Made by a program: the position numbers and the translations under genes | In this document: in pieces, positions 36,289 to 44,680 of the stretch | How the letters are laid out: each line of letters opens with the position of its first letter | Numbering within the stretch: position 1 is the stretch's first letter | Notes under the pieces: model-generated | The model's database searches: none | The model's input: the letters and a program-made list of their open reading frames with translations, nothing else | Told to the model about the DNA's origin: nothing | Assembly (NCBI GenBank): GCA_964531375.1 | Contig: CAZHDO010000001.1 | Location: 2,282-66,281, forward strand | Reading direction: 5' to 3' | Source of the DNA: an uncultured Candidatus Saccharibacteria bacterium | GTDB lineage: Bacteria > Patescibacteriota > Minisyncoccia > Phycocordibacterales > UBA12445 | DNA length: 64,000 nt

Positions 36289-36369
36289 ATGGTAGTTAAA
36301 AAAGCAGTAAAGAAAGTTGTAAAGAAGGCTGCAAAGAAAGCAGTAAAGAAAGTTGCAAAGAAGAAATAG
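36289..36369 (+). CDS. Lysine-rich micro-protein (26 aa, MVVKKAVKKVVKKAAKKAVKKVAKKK), histone-H1-tail-like or cationic-peptide-like, with its own terminator
   Basis: Built from repeated gcagtaaagaaagtt(g/t)(t/c)aaagaag units and followed at 36385-36415 by a strong intrinsic terminator (aaaacctcc-aaat-gggggtttt plus T7). Preceded by the palindromic AT tract aaaatattttaaaatatttttaaaatattttaaaa. Confidence 0.4.
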   Translation: MVVKKAVKKVVKKAAKKAVKKVAKKK

Positions 36370-36384
36370 TATTTTTGCAAAAAA

Positions 36385-36415
36385 GAAAACCTCCAAATGG
36401 GGGTTTTCTTTTTTT
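36385..36415 (+). terminator. Rho-independent terminator after the micro-ORF
   Basis: gaaaacctcc-aaat-gggggttttc followed by ttttttt. Confidence 0.7.
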
Positions 36416-36488
36416 GTTGTCCAGCCTGTTATTTTAACCTTATTCTGTTATACTAGAAGCTAATCAGATAATCGTTATTTAAACATTT

Positions 36489-38990
36489 ATGTACATTTTT
36501 GATAAAATTTTTGGCGACAGGAGTACGAGAGAGATAAATAAAATAAAGCCGATTCTTGAGAAGGTGAATGGTTTTGAAGTTGAAATTAAAAAACTTTCAG
36601 ATGAGCAACTTAGAGAAAAGACTATTTATTTTAGAGGTAGACTGAAGACGGGAGAAACTTTAGAGGATATTTTACCCGAAGCTTTTGCTGTTGTTCGAGA
36701 AACTTCTTTAAGAACTCTTGGTCAAAGACATTATGATGTTCAGGTTTTGGGCGGAGTTGTCCTTCATCAAGGAAAGATATCGGAAATGAAGACCGGTGAA
36801 GGTAAGACTCTGGTTGCAACTTTGCCAGCATATTTGAATGCAATTAGTGGGCACGTTCATGTTGTTACTGTAAATGATTATTTAGCACGAAGAGACGTTG
36901 TTTGGATGGGGCAGATATATTCTTTTCTTGGATTATCGATTTCTGTAATTAATCATGACTCTTCTTTTCTTTATGATCCAAAACACACTGAAGTTGATAA
37001 AGAAAGAGACCAGCTTGGATCCTTTAAGGTTATTTATGAATTTTTAAGGCCATGTACAAGAAGGGAGGCTTATCAGGCTGATATTGTTTACGGAACAAAT
37101 AATGAGTTTGGTTTTGATTACCTCAGAGATAATATTTCTTATTCAGAGAGAGATATCGTACAAAGCTCGGAGGGTGTTACTGAAAAGATTGCTTATAATT
37201 TTGCAATAATCGACGAAGTGGATTCTATTCTTATAGACGAATCAAGAACCCCTCTTATTATTTCTGCACCAGCTGGAGAGTCAGAAGATCTTTATTCTTT
37301 GTTTGCAAACATTGCAGGACAGATGAAAGATGTTGAGGACTATGTGATTGATGAAAAACAAAGAGTCATTTCTTTAACTGATAAGGGTATAAGTAAGGCT
37401 GAAAGATTACTTGGTATCGAAAATATTTATACTGAGGGTGGTGTTAAGTATGTTCATCATTTGGAATCGGCTGTTCGTGCTAAGGCAATATTTATTTTAG
37501 ACAAAGATTATGTTGTTAAAAACGGCGAAGTAATAATTGTGGATGAATTTACTGGTAGGTTGCAACCCGGCCGAAGGTGGTCTGATGGATTACATCAGGC
37601 GGTAGAAGCTAAAGAAGGGGTTAAAGTTCAGAAGGAGTCTAGGACAATGGCTACAATCACTCTTCAGAATTATTTTAGAATGTATCAAAAACTTTCTGGC
37701 ATGACAGGTACTGGTCTTACTTCTGCTGAAGAATTTTTTAAAGTATACGGACTCGATACTGTTGCGATACCTTCACATAGACAGAATAAAAGAGAGGATC
37801 TTGATGATTATATATTTCAAACTGAGGACGGTAAGTTAAAAGCGCTTACAAGAAAAGTTAAAGAGCTTAACGAAAAAGGTCAACCTGTTCTTATTGGTAC
37901 GATATCTATTGAAAAAAACGAGATACTTTCAAAGTACCTAAGTCGCGAAGGTGTAAAACACAACGTTTTAAATGCCAAGAATCACGAACAGGAAGGACAG
38001 ATAATTGCAGAGGCGGGTAAAAAGGGAAGTGTTGTTATTGCCACAAACATGGCTGGTAGGGGGGTTGATATTAAGCTAGGTGGAGTGTTGGCTACAAAAG
38101 AAGAGTCTGATGAGATTAGGGAGCTTGGGGGGTTGTTTGTGCTTGGCACAGAAAGACACGACGCTAGAAGAATAGATAATCAACTAAGGGGAAGAAGTGG
38201 GAGACAAGGTGACCCTGGAGCGACCCAGTTTTTCGTATCTATGCAGGATGCTTTGATTAGAATTTTTGCGTCTGATATGGTTACAAACATGATGGGTAAG
38301 CTCGGGATTCCAGAAGACGAACCTATTCAAAACAGATTTATTACTAAGTCGATTGAGGGTGCGCAAACAAAAATAGAGGGAATAAATTTTGATTCCAGAA
38401 AACATCTTCTTGAGTATGATGATGTTATGAATATCCAAAGAAAGACTGTTTATGAAAAAAGAAGAAAAATTCTTTTGGGTGGTGATGTTTATTTAGCTGA
38501 ATATCTCGAGCAGATAATGGGTGAAGATATTGAGTCAAGAGAATTTGTAAAAAATTTAAGAAGCGAGATTGGCGATGTTAATTTTTTTGCTGGTTTGCGT
38601 ATGCTTAGTCTGCAGGTAATAGATATGATTTGGACAGAGCACCTTGAAACAATGGATCACATGCGCTCGAGCGTAAAATTAAGGGCTTATGGCCAAAGGG
38701 ACCCGCTTGTTGAATACAAAAAAGAGGGAATTAGGCTTTTTAGGGAGATTGAAAATGCTTTCGCTCACAATATATTAAGGCTTCTTCCTACCTTAAGAGC
38801 AAACCAAATAATTCTTGAGCCAGAAAAAAAGAAGTTGCAAGAAATACATGAATCTGCGAATGCTGTCGGTAATTCTGAAGAGGAGCAAAAAGAAGATATT
38901 AAGTCTCAAGAAAAAGAAATTGGAAGAAACGAACCTTGTTCTTGTGGAAGTGGAAAAAAATACAAGAAGTGTCATGGAAAAAATATTTAA
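36489..38990 (+). CDS. secA: Preprotein translocase ATPase SecA
   Basis: 833 aa containing MKTGEGKTLVATLPAYLNA (Walker A), DEVDSILIDESRTPLIIS, and the C-terminal zinc-binding motif CSCGSGKKYKKCHG. Confidence 0.96.
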   Translation: MYIFDKIFGDRSTREINKIKPILEKVNGFEVEIKKLSDEQLREKTIYFRGRLKTGETLEDILPEAFAVVRETSLRTLGQRHYDVQVLGGVVLHQGKISEMKTGEGKTLVATLPAYLNAISGHVHVVTVNDYLARRDVVWMGQIYSFLGLSISVINHDSSFLYDPKHTEVDKERDQLGSFKVIYEFLRPCTRREAYQADIVYGTNNEFGFDYLRDNISYSERDIVQSSEGVTEKIAYNFAIIDEVDSILIDESRTPLIISAPAGESEDLYSLFANIAGQMKDVEDYVIDEKQRVISLTDKGISKAERLLGIENIYTEGGVKYVHHLESAVRAKAIFILDKDYVVKNGEVIIVDEFTGRLQPGRRWSDGLHQAVEAKEGVKVQKESRTMATITLQNYFRMYQKLSGMTGTGLTSAEEFFKVYGLDTVAIPSHRQNKREDLDDYIFQTEDGKLKALTRKVKELNEKGQPVLIGTISIEKNEILSKYLSREGVKHNVLNAKNHEQEGQIIAEAGKKGSVVIATNMAGRGVDIKLGGVLATKEESDEIRELGGLFVLGTERHDARRIDNQLRGRSGRQGDPGATQFFVSMQDALIRIFASDMVTNMMGKLGIPEDEPIQNRFITKSIEGAQTKIEGINFDSRKHLLEYDDVMNIQRKTVYEKRRKILLGGDVYLAEYLEQIMGEDIESREFVKNLRSEIGDVNFFAGLRMLSLQVIDMIWTEHLETMDHMRSSVKLRAYGQRDPLVEYKKEGIRLFREIENAFAHNILRLLPTLRANQIILEPEKKKLQEIHESANAVGNSEEEQKEDIKSQEKEIGRNEPCSCGSGKKYKKCHGKNI

Positions 38991-39123
38991 GAAAGCTACA
39001 GAAATTTTGCACCATTTTAATTGCGCCCACTGTGGAAAGTGGTGGACAATCGGCGACGCCCCAGAGGAAAGAATAGAGTGGTTCTGTCCTTGGTGTGGAA
39101 AATTGCAGAAATACAATGAATAA
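38974..39123 (+). CDS. Small zinc-ribbon protein (49 aa; CxxC...CxxC), overlapping the secA stop
   Basis: MEKIFKKATEILHHFNCAHCGKWWTIGDAPEERIEWFCPWCGKLQKYNE. The longer ORF-track start at 38815 lies inside secA and is rejected. Confidence 0.35.
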   Translation: MEKIFKKATEILHHFNCAHCGKWWTIGDAPEERIEWFCPWCGKLQKYNE

Positions 39124-39517
39124 AATTGAATTAATCCAAAAAACAAAAGAATTAAATTTCCAAACAGGGGAATATGCGGTTTTTGGTAGCGCTCTTTTGT
39201 GCATTTGGGGAATTAGGGATTCAAAAGATATTGATATTATAGTTAATAAAAATCTTTGGGAAAGATGCTTAACTTCTGGAGAGTGGACAAGTGGCAAGGC
39301 CTTAAGTGGGGCAGATAAATTAGAAAAAGAAAATATTGAAATATTTAGAGAATGGAATCCTGGAAAATTTGACCCCAACGAATTAATAAAAAGCGCAAAT
39401 ATAATAGAGGACGTACCTTTTGTTGATGTGAAATATTTACTTGAATGGAAGAAACTGATGGGACGTGAGAAAGATATAAGTGATATTGAGTTAATTGAGG
39501 GGTATCTAAATAAATAA
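39116..39517 (+). CDS. Minimal nucleotidyltransferase (Pol-beta superfamily, MNT-like) protein
   Basis: FGSALLCIWGIRDSKDIDIIV matches the nucleotidyltransferase GS(x)nG...(S/D)DxDxxV motif. No HEPN partner is adjacent. Confidence 0.45.
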   Translation: MNKIELIQKTKELNFQTGEYAVFGSALLCIWGIRDSKDIDIIVNKNLWERCLTSGEWTSGKALSGADKLEKENIEIFREWNPGKFDPNELIKSANIIEDVPFVDVKYLLEWKKLMGREKDISDIELIEGYLNK

Positions 39518-39537
39518 TTTAATAGACAAAAAGAAAA

Positions 39538-39556
39538 CCTCGCGGGTTGCGCGAGG
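39538..39556. terminator. Bidirectional terminator hairpin (cctcgcg-ggttg-cgcgagg)
   Basis: A GC stem lies between the convergent genes 39116-39517 (+) and 39578-39973 (-), with T-tracts on both sides. Confidence 0.6.
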
Positions 39557-39577
39557 CTGTTGTGTCTTTTATTCGGT

Positions 39578-39973
39578 TTAATCTTTCATAAAGCCTTGGC
39601 CGGACATAAGTTTATCCAAGGCCACTTCTTTTGTAATTTCTTCAGAGAGAAAATCTTGTGCTGTTGTTATTGTGCACGTCATCGCACCGTTCTTTAAGAA
39701 ATAGTTAAGTTCAGGGTTTCCGGTCATGGAACGATTTCCCTGAAAAAGAACCACTTGTTCATCCTTTGTTTGGTAGAATCTGCCACTGATAGTGATTTTT
39801 TTGAAAGTAACAAAGAGCTTTGTTTTCGGATCAGAAAGAGCTGCCTCGAGCTCGCTTTGAAGCCTCAAATGATCTTTCAAAAGACGGTCGTCTTCCGGGT
39901 TTGCAATGCGTTTTTGCAGATTTTTAATCTGACGAACTTTCTCTTCGTATTCGGCATACTTCTCAGTGGTCAT
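39578..39973 (-). CDS. Hypothetical protein (131 aa)
   Basis: ORF only. The N-terminal part is coiled-coil-like. No recognisable motif. Confidence 0.3.
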   Translation of the reverse strand: MTTEKYAEYEEKVRQIKNLQKRIANPEDDRLLKDHLRLQSELEAALSDPKTKLFVTFKKITISGRFYQTKDEQVVLFQGNRSMTGNPELNYFLKNGAMTCTITTAQDFLSEEITKEVALDKLMSGQGFMKD

Positions 39974-40064
39974 GATACTTCTCCCTGTGTGGTATTTTAA
40001 CGAACAAGCTGAAATTAAACTAACAAATTAAGGCTTGTAAGTAAAGAAGTTGTTCTTTGTTTGA

Positions 40065-40763
40065 TTAGATTTTGAAGTATTTTTCTTTGAGGAATTGCGT
40101 AAATTTTTGCATTTCTTCTTGTGCCTCTTGCACTTCTTCGATTGTGATTGGTTTAGTTTCTCTCTCTCGACGTTTTTTATTAGAGAATCGACTTTCCACC
40201 CTCCAAACACTTCCATGTTCGTTAAACCCAGATCCTTGTTTTATTATATCAAGGTTGTCAGTTGTGTTTTTTGAATTGTAAAATTCTAACAATAGTTCAT
40301 CAATTTTTGAACCCATCGCCATGAATTCTTTAAACCAGTTTTTATATTCGGTGGTTTTGCCAAGGGTTTCGTCTAATTCAACCAGCTTGTCTATAAATTC
40401 TTCATCTGCTAAGGTGTTGACTTCTTCCACTAATTGAATCTTTGTTAGATTGTATTTACTACATATTTCGTTTGTTATCTTTTTTCTGGCCTCGTTATAA
40501 ACCAATTGTTGATTATCTAGAGGGGCTATGTTTATATAAGGAAATGCGAAACTTCGTCCGGTAGTGTGCCCCGCACAAGACCCCGTTGTGTTAAAACCAA
40601 GGAGCAACAGATATGTGACTGTTTCTTTAATCTCTTGATCCATGGAGTTGCCTATTCCATCTACCACATCATCTAGTCTTTTTATTGTTTTGTTAAACGC
40701 TTCTTCTTTCTTTTTCTTTTTTTCTTCAATACTGCTTAGTTGTTTATTTAGGTTATTTTCCAT
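40065..40763 (-). CDS. Hypothetical protein (232 aa)
   Basis: ORF only, with a Lys/Glu-rich N-terminus and a C-terminal KKRRERE stretch. No recognisable motif. Confidence 0.3.
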   Translation of the reverse strand: MENNLNKQLSSIEEKKKKKEEAFNKTIKRLDDVVDGIGNSMDQEIKETVTYLLLLGFNTTGSCAGHTTGRSFAFPYINIAPLDNQQLVYNEARKKITNEICSKYNLTKIQLVEEVNTLADEEFIDKLVELDETLGKTTEYKNWFKEFMAMGSKIDELLLEFYNSKNTTDNLDIIKQGSGFNEHGSVWRVESRFSNKKRRERETKPITIEEVQEAQEEMQKFTQFLKEKYFKI

Positions 40764-40944
40764 GCCTGAGATTATAACACATTTGATATTGATGAAATCT
40801 TATCTCGATTTAGGCAGGAATCAGGTCGCAAGTTACTAAGTCTACTCATATTGCTTCGCAATATTGCGTGGACTAAGTACTCGCGACCCCGACTCAGCTC
40901 CCTTGCTTTCAGCAATGGGCCCGCTTCCGTCTTTCGATTCCTGC

Positions 40945-41020
40945 TGGGCGCTACAAAACAAAACCACCCCAAATGTTTTCACATTTAAGGTGGTTGTTTT
41001 GTGCGCCCAGCAGGAATCGA
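40945..41020. repeat. Long near-perfect palindrome (arms about 34 bp) whose right arm is the 3' half of tRNA-Lys
   Basis: tcgattcctgctgggcgc-tacaaaacaaaaccacc...ggtggttgttttgt-gcgcccagcaggaatcga. The left arm, 40945-40962, is the reverse complement of the tRNA-Lys T-arm/acceptor at 41003-41020. Confidence 0.6.
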
Positions 41021-41075
41021 ACCTGCGACCATTTGCTTAAAAGGCAACTGCTCTACCAGCTGAGCTATGGGCGCA
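41002..41075 (-). tRNA. tRNA-Lys (anticodon UUU)
   Basis: The reverse complement reads TGCGCCCATAGCTCAGCTGGTAGAGCAGTTGCCTTTTAAGCAAATGGTCGCAGGTTCGATTCCTGCTGGGCGCA. It has a D-arm GCTCAGCTGGTAGAGC, anticodon loop CTTTTAA and T-loop GGTTCGATTCC. Confidence 0.8.
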
Positions 41076-41281
41076 TACAACAAAGACTACAATATCACAA
41101 AATACTTATTTTTCAATACCTCTGGGTGGGGAGGGGGTCGGTCGCAAATAAATTTTCTAGTGGAAATTTTTCGCGACCCCGGCTCGTATCGCCTTTGGCG
41201 ATATACTGCGCCTTTCGATTACCTCGCGCAAGCAAAGCAGTTTACTTGCTATCTGTCCCATATTTCGCTCCGCTCTATATG

Positions 41282-41365
41282 TGCCTGAGGAGGGAGTCGA
41301 ACCCTCAATCCCTTACGGGCGACAGATTTTAAGTCTGTAGCGTATACCAATTCCGCCACTCAGGC
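41282..41365 (-). tRNA. tRNA-Leu (anticodon UAA), class II with a long variable arm
   Basis: The reverse complement reads GCCTGAGTGGCGGAATTGGTATACGCTACAGACTTAAAATCTGTCGCCCGTAAGGGATTGAGGGTTCGACTCCCTCCTCAGGCA. Confidence 0.85.
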
Positions 41366-41440
41366 CTATTTTTATTTTAGCAGAAAATAAATCTTCTGCC
41401 AGGATTTCCAGATGGAAATCCTGAGGCCTGGGTGGGAATC

Positions 41441-41461
41441 CTTTTCCTTCAAAAATTTCTG
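41441..41461. repeat. Partial direct copy (about 20 nt) of the tRNA-Cys 3' end (gaggcctgggtgggaatc), preceded by the palindromic hairpin aggatttcca-gatgg-aaatcct
   Basis: It matches 41566-41586, with 125 bp between copies. Confidence 0.5.
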
Positions 41462-41567
41462 GTCACTGATGTGACATTGAAATTTTTTCATCCAAAGCCT
41501 GTCGTTTTAAAATAGTAAAGCAGTTTACTTTTTTAAAATCGCCTTCGATTCCCAATCGGGAACCTTG

Positions 41568-41639
41568 AGGCCTGGGTGGGAATCGAACCCGCGTATAAGA
41601 GTTTTGCAGACTCTTGCCTTACCACTTGGCTACCAGGCC
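41568..41639 (-). tRNA. tRNA-Cys (anticodon GCA)
   Basis: The reverse complement reads GGCCTGGTAGCCAAGTGGTAAGGCAAGAGTCTGCAAAACTCTTATACGCGGGTTCGATTCCCACCCAGGCCT. The anticodon stem AGAGT/ACTCT carries loop CTGCAAA. There is one T-stem mismatch. Confidence 0.7.
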
Positions 41640-41711
41640 AGTAAATTGTAAATCATACCAATATTTTCAAAGCTTTGCGACTTTTGCCTGGACCCTGCCC
41701 GCCTTTGGCGG

Positions 41712-41731
41712 GACTTAGCTACCAGGCCAGT
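41712..41731. repeat. Partial copy of the tRNA-Cys 5' end (tagctaccaggccagta), abutting the rbfA stop
   Basis: Compare ttggctaccaggccagta at 41624-41641. Confidence 0.5.
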
Positions 41732-41733
41732 AT

Positions 41734-42066
41734 TTATACTTTTGTTTGATTTAAAAGTTCATCGATTCTTTGTCTGTTTTTTTCTCCCTTGTCTATTTCA
41801 AAATCAAAGAAGGGGAGAACTCTCATTTTCCAGAATTTTTTTACGTACTCTCTAAAATCACTTCTCTGTCTCTTGAGAAATTCTAAGGCCCTTAATTCCT
41901 CACTATCTGGTAGAGTTGTAAAAAGGATCGTTGTTCTTTCTTTGTCGTCAGAAATATCAACGCCTGTTATTGTTATAATCGAATTGCCATTTGAAACCCT
42001 CTGAGTAAAATCAGCGGCCATTTTCATTAGTAAAGACGATATTTTTTCGTTTCTTCTTCCTTGCAT
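41734..42066 (-). CDS. rbfA: Ribosome-binding factor A
   Basis: 110 aa, immediately downstream of infB (the conserved infB-rbfA order). The KH-like pattern is ...NGNSIITITGVDISDDKERTTILFT. Confidence 0.75.
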   Translation of the reverse strand: MQGRRNEKISSLLMKMAADFTQRVSNGNSIITITGVDISDDKERTTILFTTLPDSEELRALEFLKRQRSDFREYVKKFWKMRVLPFFDFEIDKGEKNRQRIDELLNQTKV

Positions 42067-42098
42067 TTTATATTTAATTAATAGGATGTATATTGCCC

Positions 42099-43697
42099 TT
42101 AAACTGTCTCAATGTCAAAGGCTTCAATAATATCTCCTTCAGAAATTGTAACCTTGGATTCTATCGTTACTCCGAATTGGGCCCCTTCTGTAACTTCTCT
42201 TGATTTTTGTTTTTTCTCTTGAAGTTCTATAATTTCACCTCTACCAATCTCATTTTTCTGTCTAATTATTTTAATTTGTTTATTGTTTATGATAGAGCCT
42301 GATAGAACAGAACCTCCAACAATTTGTTTGTCTTTTTGTCTGCTGAATGTTTTTAAGATTCTTGCTTGGCCTAGTACTTTTTCCACCTGCATCTTAGGCA
42401 TTCTCTTTTTAATCTCTTCGGCAACTACTTCATTGATTTTGTATATAATGTCAAAAATCATTGGTTGTACATTGAATTTCTGTGAGATATCTGCAACGCC
42501 TCTGTCTACTTTAACGTTGAATCCGATTACCAGTGGTTTTTCTGTTCCACTTGCCATGGTTATGTCGTTCTCTGTAATATTTCCTACACCACAACATATT
42601 ATTCTGACCTTAACATCATCTGTCTCAAGTTTTCTTAGTTCTTTTTCAATTGCTTCGTTTGAACCCTGGAAGTCTCCTTTTAATATAATAGGAAGAACTA
42701 CTTTAGCATTGGCATAATCCGATGCAGGTCTTGTTGAACAAACTGTCGAGCAAGTATTTTTGGCCATAACCTCGGCATCTTTTTTGTTTGGAGAAGATGT
42801 GAATGTTGAACCAACTGTAGGTATTTTACTGAATCCGATTACTTTGATAGGTGACGAAGCTATTGCGGAATCTATTTTAACTCCAGCGAAATTTTCAAGA
42901 GATCTTACTGGCGTTATGTTTCCGTCTATTACCAAGAAGTCACCCTTCCTTATTGTTCCATTGATTAAGATAAGAGTAGCGATACCTCCTTTGTTTGGGT
43001 GAAGATTTGATTCAAGAACAAAACCTTCGCCTCTTCGGTTGTCGTCCTTTTTAAGCCCATTAACTTCTGCCATTAAAAGTAAAATATCAAGAAGGTCGGA
43101 AACACCTTCGCCAGTTTTTGCTGATATTGGAATGTTTGAAATATCTCCACCGTATCCTTCAAGAAAAACTCCATTTGAAGCCAGGTCGAGTTTTGTTTTT
43201 TCGATGTCGGCGTTTGGTTTGTCTATTTTATTTATTGCAACGATAAAAGGTGTATTGGCTTCTTGTATTGTTTTTAGGGCTTCGATTGTCTGAACATTAA
43301 CACTATCGTCAGCGGCGACAACGAGTATTACAATATCTGCAACCTCAGCCCCTCTTGATCTCATTTTGGAAAAAGCAGCGTGTCCGGGGGTGTCTATGAA
43401 CGTTATTCTTTTTTCATCGCCAGTTGGAGTTTTGTGTATTACTTCATATGCACTTGTGTGTTGAGTGATACCACCGGCTTCTTTGTCTACTGTGTTTGAT
43501 TTTCTTATGAAGTCAAGAAGTGTTGATTTTCCATGATCAATATGACCCATCACTGTAATAATAGGGGGGCGCTCTTTAGGATCAACTGGTTTTTTTGTAC
43601 CTTGTGATTCGTCCGGTATTTTGTTTTCTTTTTTTGTTTTTATCATTATTTGAGCAAGAATAAGTACGGCTTGACCATTATCAACAAAAAAACCCAT
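42099..43697 (-). CDS. infB: Translation initiation factor IF-2 (short form); the true start is possibly the Met at about 43646 (MIKTKKENK)
   Basis: G-domain motifs GHIDHGKSTLLD, DTPGH and NKID, followed by the beta-barrel and C-terminal domains. Confidence 0.95.
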   Translation of the reverse strand: MGFFVDNGQAVLILAQIMIKTKKENKIPDESQGTKKPVDPKERPPIITVMGHIDHGKSTLLDFIRKSNTVDKEAGGITQHTSAYEVIHKTPTGDEKRITFIDTPGHAAFSKMRSRGAEVADIVILVVAADDSVNVQTIEALKTIQEANTPFIVAINKIDKPNADIEKTKLDLASNGVFLEGYGGDISNIPISAKTGEGVSDLLDILLLMAEVNGLKKDDNRRGEGFVLESNLHPNKGGIATLILINGTIRKGDFLVIDGNITPVRSLENFAGVKIDSAIASSPIKVIGFSKIPTVGSTFTSSPNKKDAEVMAKNTCSTVCSTRPASDYANAKVVLPIILKGDFQGSNEAIEKELRKLETDDVKVRIICCGVGNITENDITMASGTEKPLVIGFNVKVDRGVADISQKFNVQPMIFDIIYKINEVVAEEIKKRMPKMQVEKVLGQARILKTFSRQKDKQIVGGSVLSGSIINNKQIKIIRQKNEIGRGEIIELQEKKQKSREVTEGAQFGVTIESKVTISEGDIIEAFDIETV

Positions 43698-43730
43698 CTT
43701 GTAAACCCCTTTTAGGTGTTTTTCCTAAAA

Positions 43731-44201
43731 TTATAACCCTTTTCTACTTTCCCAGGATTTTTTCAAAACCTCTTTTTCTTCTTCTGAGAGTTCGTAGTCT
43801 GATTTATATTCTTTGATTGGTTTCGCAAAAACACTTACTTTGTCTCTTGAATATAGACTAGAAAGAACAACACCATCTCCATGGTCATCAATAAACGCGG
43901 AAGCGAAACTTTGTTTACTACCCACGTCTGCAAATGGATTGAATCTTGTGGTTTCAACTGTTCTTATATTTTTTCTAATACTGTTTTTTATAATTTGTAT
44001 TTCCTTTTCAATGTTATTTTTTGCAGTATCAAGTTTTTCAATATCTTCGATTGCTGTAACTATAGAATCTTCTATGTTGTTTACCGTATTGCCCTTAAGT
44101 ATTTTTTTGAGTCGCATTTCAAGGCGAATAATACACGCAATTAGAATTATTACGGATGCAATTAAAAAGTAAGTTACGGCTGGTGAATTTAAATTTCCCA
44201 T
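43731..44201 (-). CDS. Membrane-anchored hypothetical protein, DUF4446-like
   Basis: An N-terminal TM helix, then a coiled coil, then RFNPFADVGSKQSFASAFIDDHGDGVVLSSLYSRDKVSVFAKPI, which resembles the DUF4446 conserved core. Confidence 0.4.
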   Translation of the reverse strand: MGNLNSPAVTYFLIASVIILIACIIRLEMRLKKILKGNTVNNIEDSIVTAIEDIEKLDTAKNNIEKEIQIIKNSIRKNIRTVETTRFNPFADVGSKQSFASAFIDDHGDGVVLSSLYSRDKVSVFAKPIKEYKSDYELSEEEKEVLKKSWESRKGL

Positions 44202-44329
44202 AGATTTATTTCAATTCATTCTATTACTTTGAATTTATTTAATCAAGGCAAAAGTTTGACGTTTCTCGTGAATTTCTGTAAAAGTGGTAGAGACAATTCG
44301 TACTTTGTAAAAAATGAAAAGGGGGTTAT

Positions 44330-44608
44330 ATGTTTGATGATGAAAGTGTTGAGGTTCACGAGTTTACATATCCAATACGGTTGCCGCCCGGGTGGGATGG
44401 TAAGGGTAACATTGTTATTGTTTTTGAGAAGCCTGATGGAACCGCAGAATATTTGACTTTTCCTTGTGCGCAAGTGAGGAAGCTGGTTCGTTTTGTTGAT
44501 AACGGTCAAGATACGATTACCATTCGCGAGATAAGAGTTGTTAGCGAATGTCATCGCGATGCGAGGGAGGAGATTTTAAATATTATTCTTTTAAGAAAAA
44601 ATCCCTGA
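44330..44608 (+). CDS. Hypothetical protein (92 aa)
   Basis: ORF with a plausible promoter. No motif recognised. Confidence 0.3.
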   Translation: MFDDESVEVHEFTYPIRLPPGWDGKGNIVIVFEKPDGTAEYLTFPCAQVRKLVRFVDNGQDTITIREIRVVSECHRDAREEILNIILLRKNP

Positions 44609-44680
44609 TTAGTTGTTTTAAATTTAAACCGTAATTATTTATTTGTTGCGGTTTTTTGTTATTTGTAATAGATTTCAAGG

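Noticed and set aside
38815-39123. The long 102-aa version of the Zn-ribbon ORF
   Set aside because: Its first 53 codons lie inside the secA reading frame. The internal ATG at 38974, overlapping the secA stop, is the plausible start.
40772-41332. ORFs 40772-40972 (-), 40973-41332 (+) and 41067-41288 (+) in the tRNA array
   Set aside because: They overlap tRNA-Lys and tRNA-Leu and the tRNA-derived repeats. The region is better explained as structural RNA plus repeats.
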